Of a DNA stretch of 34,638 bases, positions 17,056 to 26,063 are shown one piece after another. Position numbers and translations under genes: made by a program. The notes beneath the pieces are model-generated. The model saw nothing but the letters and a program-made list of their open reading frames with translations. It was not told the DNA's origin and searched no databases. Origin of the DNA: a virus. Lineage: Duplodnaviria; Heunggongvirae; Uroviricota; Caudoviricetes. Numbering within the stretch: the first letter of the stretch is position 1; every line of letters starts with the position of its first letter. The DNA lies in the IMG/VR virus record IMGVR_UViG_2778260991_000004, positions 1 through 34,638 of that record; one strand, given 5' to 3'.

Positions 17056-18340
17056 TGTTCAGGCTCCCTTGAGTGTTAATTTTTGCCAGACGACGCCCCG
17101 GAATTTTGAAAGCACTCAGCCAGACGTTCGGATCGCCCTGATATTCAGTAATGCGACGCCCGGCTTCATCGTTGCGGATACGTTTATGCAGTTGCCCCTG
17201 CGTACTCATCATTTCTTTTTCGATGGACTGACGGGCGGCACTGAAAATTGCGTCCTCAAGCACAGCCAGCGTAGCTGAATCCGCAATCGCGCGAATATTG
17301 ACGTCCTTATGTGCCGGAGAGTGTTTCTGCATAGCGATTAGCGCACGCTTGCGGTAGTCCAGCGCATTTTCACCAGAAAACGGTGCTGGCGCGTTTTTAC
17401 CGCAGGCACTGAATGCGGAGTCGGCTTTTGCCTGCGCTTCTGCCAGGGCAGAGTCATTGCGTTCTTTTTCTGCCTCCTCGTCAGCCTTACGCTGTTCTTC
17501 CGCTTCGGAATCAGCCTTTGCTTTCTCCTCAGCGTCTTTGGCTGCCGCCTCGTCAGCTTTGGCTTTTTCTTCCGCCTCCTTTGCCGCAGCTTCATCAGCT
17601 TTGGCCTTTTCTTCGGCCTCTTTTTTCGCCAGCTCTTCAGCATCCGCCCGCGCTTTGTCCCGCTGTTCCAGTGAGTCCATGCGCGTGACGACTCCATCGA
17701 TTTTCTGATTAATGCCGCTCAGGGCATCATTCACCACCCCCTGTAACAGGGCCTGGAGTTCTTCTTTTTCCATCTCAATTTCACCTGTATTTGTCACTTC
17801 AACCCCTGCGGGGATCCGGTCTTTATCCCACACGCCCAACGAGCCGTGGTCTTTCGTCACCAGGGCGATGTGATCAACAAGGAAAGGTACGCCTTCGATT
17901 AAAAAATTGGTGTCACCTTCCTGTACTTCCACATTTCCTGATGTGCTGTTGAACACCACCGACGGGCTTGTCGAAACATCTCCCTCAGCGATTTCTTCAA
18001 CAATGCTCTGGAGGTAAACGCGGCACACCGCCCATACCTCATCACCCCGGATATACGGCAGCATGACGCTACCGACGATCCGCGATTTAAAATCCTCCTC
18101 CGTCAGAACTGCGTCGTCAGGATGGTTTGCGATAACCGGAAGGCCATTGCATCGCCTTAAAAACTCCTCGTTCAGATAGAGCTTTGGATCACGCCAGACG
18201 TGCTCTTTCAGCCCGGCGCGATAGGCAAGCCCGGTTCCGGTTATTCGCAAATTCACCAGCCACATGTTGGAGAATTTCACTGGAGACGGTACGGTTCCGT
18301 CCCTGATGCGTTCTGCCACTTCAAGCTCGGTTAAACTCAC
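17048..18340 (-). CDS. capsid scaffolding protein (possible protease-scaffold fusion)
   Basis: 430 aa; central coiled-coil array with repeated EAEEKAKADEAAAK units, acidic/Lys-rich; position between the head morphogenesis and capsid genes. Confidence 0.5.
   Translation of the reverse strand: MSLTELEVAERIRDGTVPSPVKFSNMWLVNLRITGTGLAYRAGLKEHVWRDPKLYLNEEFLRRCNGLPVIANHPDDAVLTEEDFKSRIVGSVMLPYIRGDEVWAVCRVYLQSIVEEIAEGDVSTSPSVVFNSTSGNVEVQEGDTNFLIEGVPFLVDHIALVTKDHGSLGVWDKDRIPAGVEVTNTGEIEMEKEELQALLQGVVNDALSGINQKIDGVVTRMDSLEQRDKARADAEELAKKEAEEKAKADEAAAKEAEEKAKADEAAAKDAEEKAKADSEAEEQRKADEEAEKERNDSALAEAQAKADSAFSACGKNAPAPFSGENALDYRKRALIAMQKHSPAHKDVNIRAIADSATLAVLEDAIFSAARQSIEKEMMSTQGQLHKRIRNDEAGRRITEYQGDPNVWLSAFKIPGRRLAKINTQGSLNNG
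17470..17650. repeat. imperfect tandem repeats of about 42 bp inside the scaffold gene
   Basis: Repeated ...GCCGCCTCGTCAGCTTTGGC(T/C)TTTTCTTC(C/G)GCCTC... units encoding the EAEEKAKADEAAAK coiled-coil repeats; coordinates approximate. Confidence 0.5.
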
Positions 18341-19154
18341 GTTTGCCCTTCTCCGTTAAAAATTCGTCGGGTAGTTTCTGAGGGACGTAGATCGGCAGTG
18401 CATCGCAACTGCAATAAACCTCCTCCCCGGCAGCAGTGATTTCGTCATAAAAACCATATACGGGCTTAATCAGCCCCTGCTCCAGCGCCCACGAATTGCG
18501 GAGGAGATAAATTTTCTCGTCGCGCTCTTTGTGGTCCTGTCGGTATTTGTAGCCCGGACGCCGCCAGTTAGAATGCCAGCGCAGAGCAATCGCACCACTC
18601 TGAACAGCCAGCAGATACTTAACGTTGCTCGCCAGCTTATGTCCCTGGTCAATTGCCACCCGGCGACTGATAAAATCCATATCCTTCACGGACTTCTGAA
18701 AACCGGACTTCACTTCCCGGCGATCAATTTCGCTCACCCCGTCAGGCGGAATGGACGTAACCCATCCCTGAAAACGCTGTATGGTTTTCTCGATAGCCTG
18801 TTCGCGGTTGAGTTTTATCAGGTTGGCACTGGCGAAAATTCGCCTGTCGAGTTCCTTACGAAACTCAGGTTTCAGTTTTTCAACAGTGATTTTTTTAGGG
18901 CCCTCAGGAGGCTGATCCCGTAATGCCCCGCCGTCGATAACAAGACGGCTGTAGATAGCGGTGAGATGTTTTCTGGCTACGGTATCATCAGGGGTTTCTC
19001 GCTGAGCGGCTACACGGAGTTTCCGGCACCATTCGAGCAATGATTTTTCGCTATCCCACCCGTGATTTACGTAGTAGTTAACGGCATCCGTCAGAACCTC
19101 ATACAGCGTCCTGATCCGTTTCTTCTTCCTCACCGCCCGGCTGGAAATTGCCAT
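18321..19154 (-). CDS. head morphogenesis / minor head protein
   Basis: ORF 18321..19292; preferred ATG at 19154 with GGAG upstream, overlapping the portal 3' end; basic, Arg/Lys-rich; sits after the portal gene. Confidence 0.4.
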   Translation of the reverse strand: MAISSRAVRKKKRIRTLYEVLTDAVNYYVNHGWDSEKSLLEWCRKLRVAAQRETPDDTVARKHLTAIYSRLVIDGGALRDQPPEGPKKITVEKLKPEFRKELDRRIFASANLIKLNREQAIEKTIQRFQGWVTSIPPDGVSEIDRREVKSGFQKSVKDMDFISRRVAIDQGHKLASNVKYLLAVQSGAIALRWHSNWRRPGYKYRQDHKERDEKIYLLRNSWALEQGLIKPVYGFYDEITAAGEEVYCSCDALPIYVPQKLPDEFLTEKGKREFNRA

Positions 19155-20538
19155 CAGGCGTCTCCTGCTTCGGTGGTTCATAATTCGCCAGCGCGTCCAC
19201 ATCAATGATGAGTGGAGCTTCGCCATAGGTTTGCGTGGCATTAACAAGGCTTGCCAGCCATTCAGTGACGGCGGCACGGTTTTCAGGATCAACCTGTGGC
19301 GACACGGCAGAGAAAAGTGCTATCGCCTGTTGAATCACTTTACTGTCGCTTTCCCGGCGTTTGTCCGGCGACTCCTCCACCAGCTCCTGCCACGTCGCGG
19401 TAAACTCGCGCCGCCACTGGTAAAACGTGGTTTTATAGTCCTCGGTTATGATGTCCGGGTAATCATTTTTCAGCGACTGATAAAATTCCTCGTTCCAGGC
19501 GATGTACTGCACCAGGCGTTCGAAATAATCCATCACAGGTTCAATCTGCTGGCGTACACCATCGATATACTGGCTGATGGCTTTCGAGTCCTCCTTACCT
19601 TCACCGAATCCGTTACTGAATGCTTCTTCCTTGATAATAATGGCCGGAACGTCACTCCCGGCGGCAATATCAGCAATGATATTGTCGCGGGCAGTATTCA
19701 GCGCCCCGTCGATGTTTTGCAGGTTCAGTGAACTTACGTCTTCGTCTTTTCCAATACTCAACACGCCTTTATTTTTGGCGGCTTTCACGTTTTCCCTTTT
19801 ACGCCCCGTGGCAGCAGCCATGATCCCGTCCATTTTCGAACCGTTCTGCACAACTTTAGCTACCAGTACGCCCGCTTTCTGACTAACGAGATCATTCGCC
19901 TCCATCGTGTTGATATAGGATTTCAGGGAATAAAGAACGCGCTGAAACACACTTCGTCCGGTGAATCCGAACGATGAACTCTGAAACTCCAGATAAATCG
20001 GTGTGCCGTTGAAGATTTTCAGTGTGCGTGACGGATGCCAGTCTTTTCCGCCAATCTTCAGCCTTTTGTTGGCTTCCTGGAAAAACGGACTGTTTGGGTT
20101 CTGGTCAGTCACCATCGAACCGGAAGCGTTCAACGGATCCCACGCGTTGATATACACATCCTCTTCTGTCAGCCCGAATGTCGGAAGCGGCTCACGACAT
20201 GAAACACTGTCGGTGCCCACGCCGATCGCTGCAGCACCGTAGCAACGAGACAGAAAAAACAGATTTTTTATCTTCTCGTTGACCCTCATACGTTCCCATA
20301 CCTCCTGGAAACGCCGCACAACCCTCTCGTCAGGATCTGTCTCCACGTTATACTGTCGCGGCTTACACATCGCCATCAGTATGGGTTTTTCGACAAGTTT
20401 TCCGCCCAGAGGATGGAATTGCCACAGCAGCTTACACAATTCATAGCCAATATCGGTTCCCGGCTGAATTTCTTCAGCCTCAAGAATACGCATCAGTGCT
20501 GAACCGAGGCCGCCAGTAATCTCGATCTCTGCCATCAA
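19099..20538 (-). CDS. portal protein
   Basis: 479-aa ORF directly downstream of the large terminase gene; acidic C-terminal tail; size and position typical of portal proteins. Confidence 0.6.
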   Translation of the reverse strand: MMAEIEITGGLGSALMRILEAEEIQPGTDIGYELCKLLWQFHPLGGKLVEKPILMAMCKPRQYNVETDPDERVVRRFQEVWERMRVNEKIKNLFFLSRCYGAAAIGVGTDSVSCREPLPTFGLTEEDVYINAWDPLNASGSMVTDQNPNSPFFQEANKRLKIGGKDWHPSRTLKIFNGTPIYLEFQSSSFGFTGRSVFQRVLYSLKSYINTMEANDLVSQKAGVLVAKVVQNGSKMDGIMAAATGRKRENVKAAKNKGVLSIGKDEDVSSLNLQNIDGALNTARDNIIADIAAGSDVPAIIIKEEAFSNGFGEGKEDSKAISQYIDGVRQQIEPVMDYFERLVQYIAWNEEFYQSLKNDYPDIITEDYKTTFYQWRREFTATWQELVEESPDKRRESDSKVIQQAIALFSAVSPQVDPENRAAVTEWLASLVNATQTYGEAPLIIDVDALANYEPPKQETPDGNFQPGGEEEETDQDAV

Positions 20539-20553
20539 AAATATCCTGATTTT

Positions 20554-21882
20554 TTACAACGCCGCGTAATTACCGTGCGCGATGATCAACCCATAGGTGT
20601 AACAATCGAAAAGGTCATCAGCACGTTTATGCGCGTCTTTATCCGCCAGGTGGAATCCGGCGATTTGTTTTATGAGGTGGTTTGCGGTGGTGCGCTTGAA
20701 TGAAACGGTCTTGTCGTAAGCCTCCCGGACGATTTTGCACACCCCCTGATAGTGGTAGCTGGATGCCATCACCGCCCGTTCATCTTTGCCCTTGCTGGTT
20801 AGTGCCGATTTAATCGGCGTCATATCCCAGCCTTCGGTTTCCGCCTTCTGGTTGAGGATTGCCCCCATCGCGGCGTCTTCCATAAAAATTCCCTGGCTGC
20901 CCAGACGCGGACGGCATAATTTCGCGAGGCGCTCAAGGTTGTCATAAACGCCGGGGATATATTCAGGAAGCAATGACGCTTTAATTTGCGTCACATCCCA
21001 GTCAATAATCGTCAGTTTTGGCTCGTCCGAATACGTTGATTCATAAGCGAAATACACCACGCCAGTACCATCATTTTCGGTCCCGCCTTTCAGCGCCGTA
21101 TCCATCACTGCGAAAATCATGTCGCAGTACGGCGGCATCTCAATCGGCTGACCGTCCACCAGCAGCTTATCGACATCGAGTAACGCGTCTTTGGACCAGT
21201 CCACGAACTCTGCAAGATATTCCTGCTGCCAGACGCGCGGATCGGATTTCTTTTCCGTTTCCTCCAGTTCTTCTTTCGGAATAAACGGATTCGATGAAGT
21301 TGGCGCATGGTGCATAACAAATCCCAGGGATTCATCGTGGCATATCGCGTAGAAAAAATTGCTCTCGTCGATACCGTTTGGTGTGGAAAATACCCACGCA
21401 CAGCCACGGTAATCGACAAGCGTCGGGCGTATCGCTCGGGGCCAGATTTCCTCGAGCATTTCCGGCGATTTAGTGAATGCGGCCTCATCAATCAGCACAG
21501 CGTGATATTTACGCCCACGCCCGGCCAGTTTGTTATTGTCCGTTACCCAAAAGTCGATGCGCCCCCCATTGCGGAGAATGATGCGCTTTTCATTTTTTGA
21601 CTGACTGAGGATCAGCGGTTGCAGAACGGCGCTAATTTCATCCCAGATTTCCTGGTACTGCCGGTATTGCGCGGTAAAAATCCCCACCCTACCCGCGATA
21701 AGTTGCCCGGTGGTAGGAACGGCAAATTTCCGCGTAGCGAAACTGGTAGCGATGTTCACCAGCATCACCGTTTTACCCCAGCGACGACCACAGCATACCG
21801 CGTGGAAGCGTTCTTCTATTGCCGCCGTCCATGCAGCTATTTGCCCCTCATGAGGTTTTGGGAGATAGATTTCAATCGACAT
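20554..21882 (-). CDS. terL: terminase large subunit
   Basis: Walker A-like CCGRRWGKT and Walker B-like AVLIDEA motifs in the N-terminal ATPase region, acidic nuclease-like C-terminal half; 442 aa. Confidence 0.8.
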   Translation of the reverse strand: MSIEIYLPKPHEGQIAAWTAAIEERFHAVCCGRRWGKTVMLVNIATSFATRKFAVPTTGQLIAGRVGIFTAQYRQYQEIWDEISAVLQPLILSQSKNEKRIILRNGGRIDFWVTDNNKLAGRGRKYHAVLIDEAAFTKSPEMLEEIWPRAIRPTLVDYRGCAWVFSTPNGIDESNFFYAICHDESLGFVMHHAPTSSNPFIPKEELEETEKKSDPRVWQQEYLAEFVDWSKDALLDVDKLLVDGQPIEMPPYCDMIFAVMDTALKGGTENDGTGVVYFAYESTYSDEPKLTIIDWDVTQIKASLLPEYIPGVYDNLERLAKLCRPRLGSQGIFMEDAAMGAILNQKAETEGWDMTPIKSALTSKGKDERAVMASSYHYQGVCKIVREAYDKTVSFKRTTANHLIKQIAGFHLADKDAHKRADDLFDCYTYGLIIAHGNYAAL

Positions 21883-22963
21883 TATCCACTCCCGGCATCG
21901 GCAGAGAGTTGTGGATAATTATTTCGTTATTCTCACCACCCACGCCTTTTTTGAGGTTTTCAATCTCAGTGCGCAGCTTTTCGTTGCGAAGCCTCAGTCC
22001 TTCAAGCTCCAGATCATTGCGACTGTCAGTTGCACCACCAGCAGAACTTCCTTTCGTCGCCATTATCAGCTTGATAAGTTCGCGCCGGGCGGCAGCCTTA
22101 TCCTCCAGCAGGATCTCAACACCAAATTTCCCGAGCTTTGCCCCTGCATATAATTGCCGCGCCTCCCCATCAAGCAGAGTGGTATCAGCCATATAAAGCT
22201 GCCCCGTTCCCTCACCGCAGCACTTCGGGCAGTCCGGATTGGGTATGGCGTTATCAACAAAGCCGAGGCCTCCATATTCCGGCTCGGGTTTGCCATCTCT
22301 GGAGGCCTGTGCCGCTGCCTTATCGAATTCTGCAATATCACGCCACTGGTAGAGATGATTCTCGCCCCAGCAATAACGGCAGTTAACACGGCGAAATTGT
22401 GCCAACTGATTGGGGTCGGCCTGGACAATAGCCATCAACTGGCTCACCAGTAAATCCAGGTCTGCGGTATAGCGTTTCTGGTACTGATTGCGGAAGTAGC
22501 TAATGGCACGATAAACCCTGGCATTTCTAAGCATACGGCTGGCGTTGCTGTTAGCTGTCGCACCTTGCCCCTCATAACCAGCCAGTCGGTATGCCTCTGT
22601 CGGCTTTTTCCCCTGAGCAACCAGCATCGCAAACTTAGCCTGCTGGTCAGAAATGCCGAATTCATCGGGACAGAATGAAATTTCCTCTGCGTCGCCCTCA
22701 TTCAGGCACGCATCGGATACTGACTTTTTTATCTGAGATTTTCCGTTCCGCTTTTGCGCAGTCTGCGCAGATTTTTTCTGCGCACTTTTTTGCGCAGTTT
22801 TGCGCATTTCTGTCTGCGCATTTTTCGGAGGTTTTTTGATGTAACGACGGGCTGTTGCGTAATTCAGTCCCCTTGCTTCACACCATGCCACCGGAGATAT
22901 ACCGGAGCGGGTGTATTCAGCAATATACTCCTGCTGCAACGCCCCCCAGTCCGGTCTGCTCAT
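21872..22963 (-). CDS. terS: terminase small subunit
   Basis: 363 aa; N-terminal helix-turn-helix-like segment, basic repeat region (TAQKSAQKKSAQTAQK), and a motif AYRLAGYEGQGATANSNASRMLRNARV typical of small terminase subunits; overlaps the terL start. Confidence 0.6.
   Translation of the reverse strand: MSRPDWGALQQEYIAEYTRSGISPVAWCEARGLNYATARRYIKKPPKNAQTEMRKTAQKSAQKKSAQTAQKRNGKSQIKKSVSDACLNEGDAEEISFCPDEFGISDQQAKFAMLVAQGKKPTEAYRLAGYEGQGATANSNASRMLRNARVYRAISYFRNQYQKRYTADLDLLVSQLMAIVQADPNQLAQFRRVNCRYCWGENHLYQWRDIAEFDKAAAQASRDGKPEPEYGGLGFVDNAIPNPDCPKCCGEGTGQLYMADTTLLDGEARQLYAGAKLGKFGVEILLEDKAAARRELIKLIMATKGSSAGGATDSRNDLELEGLRLRNEKLRTEIENLKKGVGGENNEIIIHNSLPMPGVDNVD
22755..22820. repeat. array of six TGCGCA hexamers within terS (candidate pac-like site)
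   Basis: TGCGCA at about 22755, 22764, 22779, 22791, 22801 and 22815 (spacing 9 to 15 bp), each preceded by a T-run; encodes the AQK repeats of terS. Confidence 0.5.
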
Positions 22964-22966
22964 CAG

Positions 22967-23218
22967 TTAGTCCTGATTTTTATCCACCCTGAGTAGTTCG
23001 CGCAGGGCAAAGGCATCCCCTTTTCTGGCAAGCTTAAACAATGCCGCCCGTAGCTCGGCTTCACCTTTCGCTCTGCCCTTACGGATGGACGCATAAAAAT
23101 TTGTCATTGCTTCCCGATTTTCTTTCAGTCGGTTCAGATCAACATCCAGAACGTCAGCTATTTGTTGTGCAGTCATCCGGCACGCTGCCAGAGACTCGAC
23201 TTTCGAATACGGAATCAT
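22967..23218 (-). CDS. small basic protein upstream of terS (possible DNA-binding)
   Basis: 83-aa ORF; ATG at 23218 preceded by GGGGGTGA; basic C-terminal helix. Confidence 0.35.
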   Translation of the reverse strand: MIPYSKVESLAACRMTAQQIADVLDVDLNRLKENREAMTNFYASIRKGRAKGEAELRAALFKLARKGDAFALRELLRVDKNQD

Positions 23219-24086
23219 TTGTCACCCCCATTGATATGCAGGGTGTCTTCTTCCTGTATTTTTCGTGAATGATTTTTACTGCAGCGTTGTTCCAGGTGAC
23301 CTGATGGTGAATGCGTTTATGGCTGGCGCCCATCAGGGATATTTTTACGCACGACGGCGCATACATGACGGAGTAAAAACTTTTAACGTAGGTTCCGGAA
23401 TCCAGATACAGTTCGGTCATTCCGCCGCTGTTTTTCTGCGTCTGTTTCTGCCCTAACTGGACAGCACCAATCGTCATAAACAACTCACCACGGCGACCGA
23501 GATTCGTGTACGTATTCACATCCTCGTTAATGCGCCCCATGAATGAGAACGGTCGATCAACCGAACAGATAAAGCTGTTCATTGCCTTGCGTTTCACCCA
23601 CGAAGCATGGCCGCCATTGTCACCAAGAAAATCCCCGCCCTGCGACATAGCGATGGAAAGAGCAGGTATTGATTCGTAGTACGCCAGCATTTCAGAAAGG
23701 ATCGCATCCAGTTTCCTTATCGGAAAATAGGCCTGGTCATAGTTGCGATCCACCCGAAACTGGAACTCGTGATAATCATCATCGAGCTGAATGAAGTATT
23801 GACACCCGACCAGTTTTGCCAGGTCGAAACAGGCATTACGGGCGTAAAAAATTGAGCGGCGGTCACAGAAATTATCGGCTTCGTCAAAACGACTGGCGAT
23901 ATCGGCTTTGGAAAACACCAGCACCTGTTCACCAAATTCAGCTATGTATTGATGCCATGTCTTATCTTCATCATCAACAACGATAAAAATTTTCCCGGTA
24001 TAGCCAGCACGACGCAACGTCCGGTAAGTCAGAACTTTGTCCGGTCGCCCGTGAGTCAGAATAAAGGCGCAAAAATCATCACGCAT
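23154..24086 (-). CDS. GT-A-fold-like (DxD motif) glycosyltransferase-like protein
   Basis: ORF 23154..24107; preferred ATG at 24086 with GGAGGAGG upstream, overlapping the ParB-like stop; motifs ILTHGRPD, IFIVVDDED and FIQLDDDY resemble GT-A nucleotide-sugar transferases; no methyltransferase motifs seen. Confidence 0.4.
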   Translation of the reverse strand: MRDDFCAFILTHGRPDKVLTYRTLRRAGYTGKIFIVVDDEDKTWHQYIAEFGEQVLVFSKADIASRFDEADNFCDRRSIFYARNACFDLAKLVGCQYFIQLDDDYHEFQFRVDRNYDQAYFPIRKLDAILSEMLAYYESIPALSIAMSQGGDFLGDNGGHASWVKRKAMNSFICSVDRPFSFMGRINEDVNTYTNLGRRGELFMTIGAVQLGQKQTQKNSGGMTELYLDSGTYVKSFYSVMYAPSCVKISLMGASHKRIHHQVTWNNAAVKIIHEKYRKKTPCISMGVTNDSVFESRVSGSVPDDCTTNS

Positions 24087-24870
24087 ATTCCTCCTCCTCC
24101 CCGCCATGCATGATCTCCACCATACGCTGCGTCATCCGGACAAATCCATTTTCGATAGCCTGCTGATAATCAATGATCACCAGCGCCGATTCCTCGAAAA
24201 AGCACTGAATTTCAGCGGGGGCGTGAGCGTAATAGTCCGCAATTCTGCTGAAATTAAACACCGTATGACGTTCTGCCGCACACAGGAGGAATTTCTCAAT
24301 ATCAGGATCAAGGGACGCCGAACGTATCCGGCTGATCAACTCCTGAGTTTTCGTATCGTCGTACAGTTCACTGATATCTGGTTTATCGCCCGACGGCTCA
24401 TAAACAGGCGTATCAATTTTCGTCGTGTACGGCTCCTCCTCATTTCCTGTACCTGGCAAAACATCCGTCAACAATTCATCAATTTCTGTTGAGCTGAATC
24501 CTGTCAAGGAGACATCAAAATCAGCATTGATTAGGTCCGACAGCTCCATCCGCAACAGATCTTCATCCCAGCCAGCATTCATCGGCAGGCGATTATCTGC
24601 CAGGCGGTACGCCTTTTTCTGCTCATCCGTCAGGCCAGACAGAACAATGACCGGAACAGAATCCATTTTGAGCATTTCAGCCGCCATAACACGACCGTGA
24701 CCCGCAATAATTTCGCCCTTTTCGTCAATCAGCACCGGATTAGTCCAGCCGAATTGCTTAATACTTTCTACCAGTTGTACCACCTGCTCAGTACTGTGCG
24801 TCCTGGCGTTGTGTGCATACGGAGACAGTTCTTGTAACGGGCGATAGACGATCTTCAATTTCTCGCTCAT
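24079..24870 (-). CDS. ParB-like nuclease domain protein
   Basis: 263 aa; N-terminal region with the motif IIAGHGRVMAA resembling the ParB/Srx nuclease-domain signature; acidic C-terminus; typical location upstream of terminase genes. Confidence 0.55.
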   Translation of the reverse strand: MSEKLKIVYRPLQELSPYAHNARTHSTEQVVQLVESIKQFGWTNPVLIDEKGEIIAGHGRVMAAEMLKMDSVPVIVLSGLTDEQKKAYRLADNRLPMNAGWDEDLLRMELSDLINADFDVSLTGFSSTEIDELLTDVLPGTGNEEEPYTTKIDTPVYEPSGDKPDISELYDDTKTQELISRIRSASLDPDIEKFLLCAAERHTVFNFSRIADYYAHAPAEIQCFFEESALVIIDYQQAIENGFVRMTQRMVEIMHGGEEEEYA

Positions 24871-24988
24871 ACAGCCTCGCTTTATGAATAAAAAAGCCCG
24901 CTATCGACCAGTGCGCTGGGTGCGCGGCGGGTGCCGATGACGAGCTTTGGCATTATCGCAGCCCCTCACAGAAGAGCTGCTGTAATGC

Positions 24989-25165
24989 CTAACCATCCTG
25001 ATGTTGTTGTGATTTCGCATTAACTAAGTCAATGAAGTCCTGGCACATTTCAAGACGATGACCATGATCATCGACAAAGTTATAACGCCGAAATATATCA
25101 ATAATTTCATTGGGACTTTTCCCCGCAATATGAGGATATTGTTTTGATTCGTAATTATGTTTCAT
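24989..25165 (-). CDS. small hypothetical protein (59 aa)
   Basis: Track ORF 24989..25201 trimmed to ATG ATG at 25165 with GGAG upstream; 5' end overlaps the divergent KTSC-like gene. Confidence 0.3.
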   Translation of the reverse strand: MKHNYESKQYPHIAGKSPNEIIDIFRRYNFVDDHGHRLEMCQDFIDLVNAKSQQHQDG

Positions 25166-25356
25166 CATCAAATCTCCAGTCAGTTGGGTATGATTCAGCA
25201 ACTCTCACACTGGAAATAGCCTTTCACAATGGAGGTATCTATCAATACTCTGGTGTTCCATCCAGGATCTATCAGGGTCTTATGAATGCCAGTTCAAAAG
25301 GCCAGTATTTTCACCAATTCATTAAAAATGTGTATCCATACCGTAAGGTAGGCTAA
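25144..25356 (+). CDS. KTSC-domain-like small protein
   Basis: 70 aa, TTG start with AGGA upstream; pattern VSSSNLQSVGYD...LEIAFHNGGIYQYSGVP..IYQGLMNASSKGQYF resembles the KTSC domain; plus strand. Confidence 0.5.
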   Translation: MIRNYVSSSNLQSVGYDSATLTLEIAFHNGGIYQYSGVPSRIYQGLMNASSKGQYFHQFIKNVYPYRKVG

Positions 25357-25482
25357 CCTTCAGTGGGGGAGAAGAGCATCCCCCACATTCATATATCAAC
25401 CAGATTAGATAACAGAATTTCATGCCTCCTAGACAATGGCGCCCTTTCATTTTTCAGCGAAATATTCTGCTCTTACGGGCGA

Positions 25483-25665
25483 TCAGTTCTGCATACACTG
25501 CCGAACACTGTCGACAATTTTGCAGACCTGAGAAGCTGTATCTAAAAGTTGGCGCGCCTTATCCAGGCTAACGCAGCCCACCAATAAAAAAGGCACCAGT
25601 ATCGCTACCAGTGCCCATTTCGCCGCCGTTCGCGGCATTCTGTGTGTCCAGTGTTTTCTGCTCAT
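25483..25665 (-). CDS. lipoprotein (lysis-associated; spanin-like or exclusion lipoprotein)
   Basis: Track ORF 25483..25737 trimmed to ATG at 25665, 14 nt after the endolysin stop; signal peptide with lipobox LLVGC; 60 aa; no C-terminal transmembrane segment. Confidence 0.45.
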   Translation of the reverse strand: MSRKHWTHRMPRTAAKWALVAILVPFLLVGCVSLDKARQLLDTASQVCKIVDSVRQCMQN

Positions 25666-25679
25666 AACACATCTGGTTA

Positions 25680-26063
25680 TCAGCGTTTCAACTGAAAGTG
25701 AGGTCCGTCTTTCAGTGTTTTCCAGTCCCCGCCCCATTCGATGGCAGTTCCCAGCTCTGCGGCAGCCTGCTTAAATGCCTGCGCTATTTTCTCGTACAGA
25801 GGCCAGTCCCATGACACCTGGCTGCCAACCCAGGCAACAACATCCACCGCATCACCGGTCAGGTGGCGGCTGTTCATGGTCTGGCTTTTCCCTTCCGCGA
25901 CCAGCTGTTTCTGGCGTTCTTTCGTGCGCAGCCCTTCTGTAATACCGAAATCAACCTCCGTCAGCTCCAGCGCACGGCGAACGACAGCAACCAGCTGTGG
26001 TTTGACGCCCTCCAGATTTTTTTCACTGCGACGGCTGAATCTGAATTTACCCGACATATTCAC
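25680..26063 (-). CDS. endolysin, peptidase M15-like (L-alanyl-D-glutamate endopeptidase type)
   Basis: 127 aa; motifs SRHLTGDAVDV ... WGGDW ... GPHFQ match the His/Asp/His metal site pattern of M15 peptidases; start GTG at 26063 or ATG at 26057. Confidence 0.65.
   Translation of the reverse strand: MNMSGKFRFSRRSEKNLEGVKPQLVAVVRRALELTEVDFGITEGLRTKERQKQLVAEGKSQTMNSRHLTGDAVDVVAWVGSQVSWDWPLYEKIAQAFKQAAAELGTAIEWGGDWKTLKDGPHFQLKR

Noticed and set aside
17413-17708. Plus-strand ORFs across the scaffold repeat region (Pro/Leu-rich and Ser/Ala-rich translations)
   Set aside because: Artefacts of the repetitive GC-biased coiled-coil coding sequence on the opposite strand.
21018-22453. Multiple plus-strand and alternative-frame ORFs within terL and terS
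   Set aside because: They overlap the terminase genes, which carry clear motifs; Arg/Ser/Pro-rich translations typical of out-of-frame reads.
25665-25737. N-terminal extension of the lipoprotein ORF overlapping the endolysin 3' end
   Set aside because: The signal peptide and lipobox begin at the internal ATG at 25665, just after the endolysin stop; the extension is an out-of-frame read of the endolysin gene.
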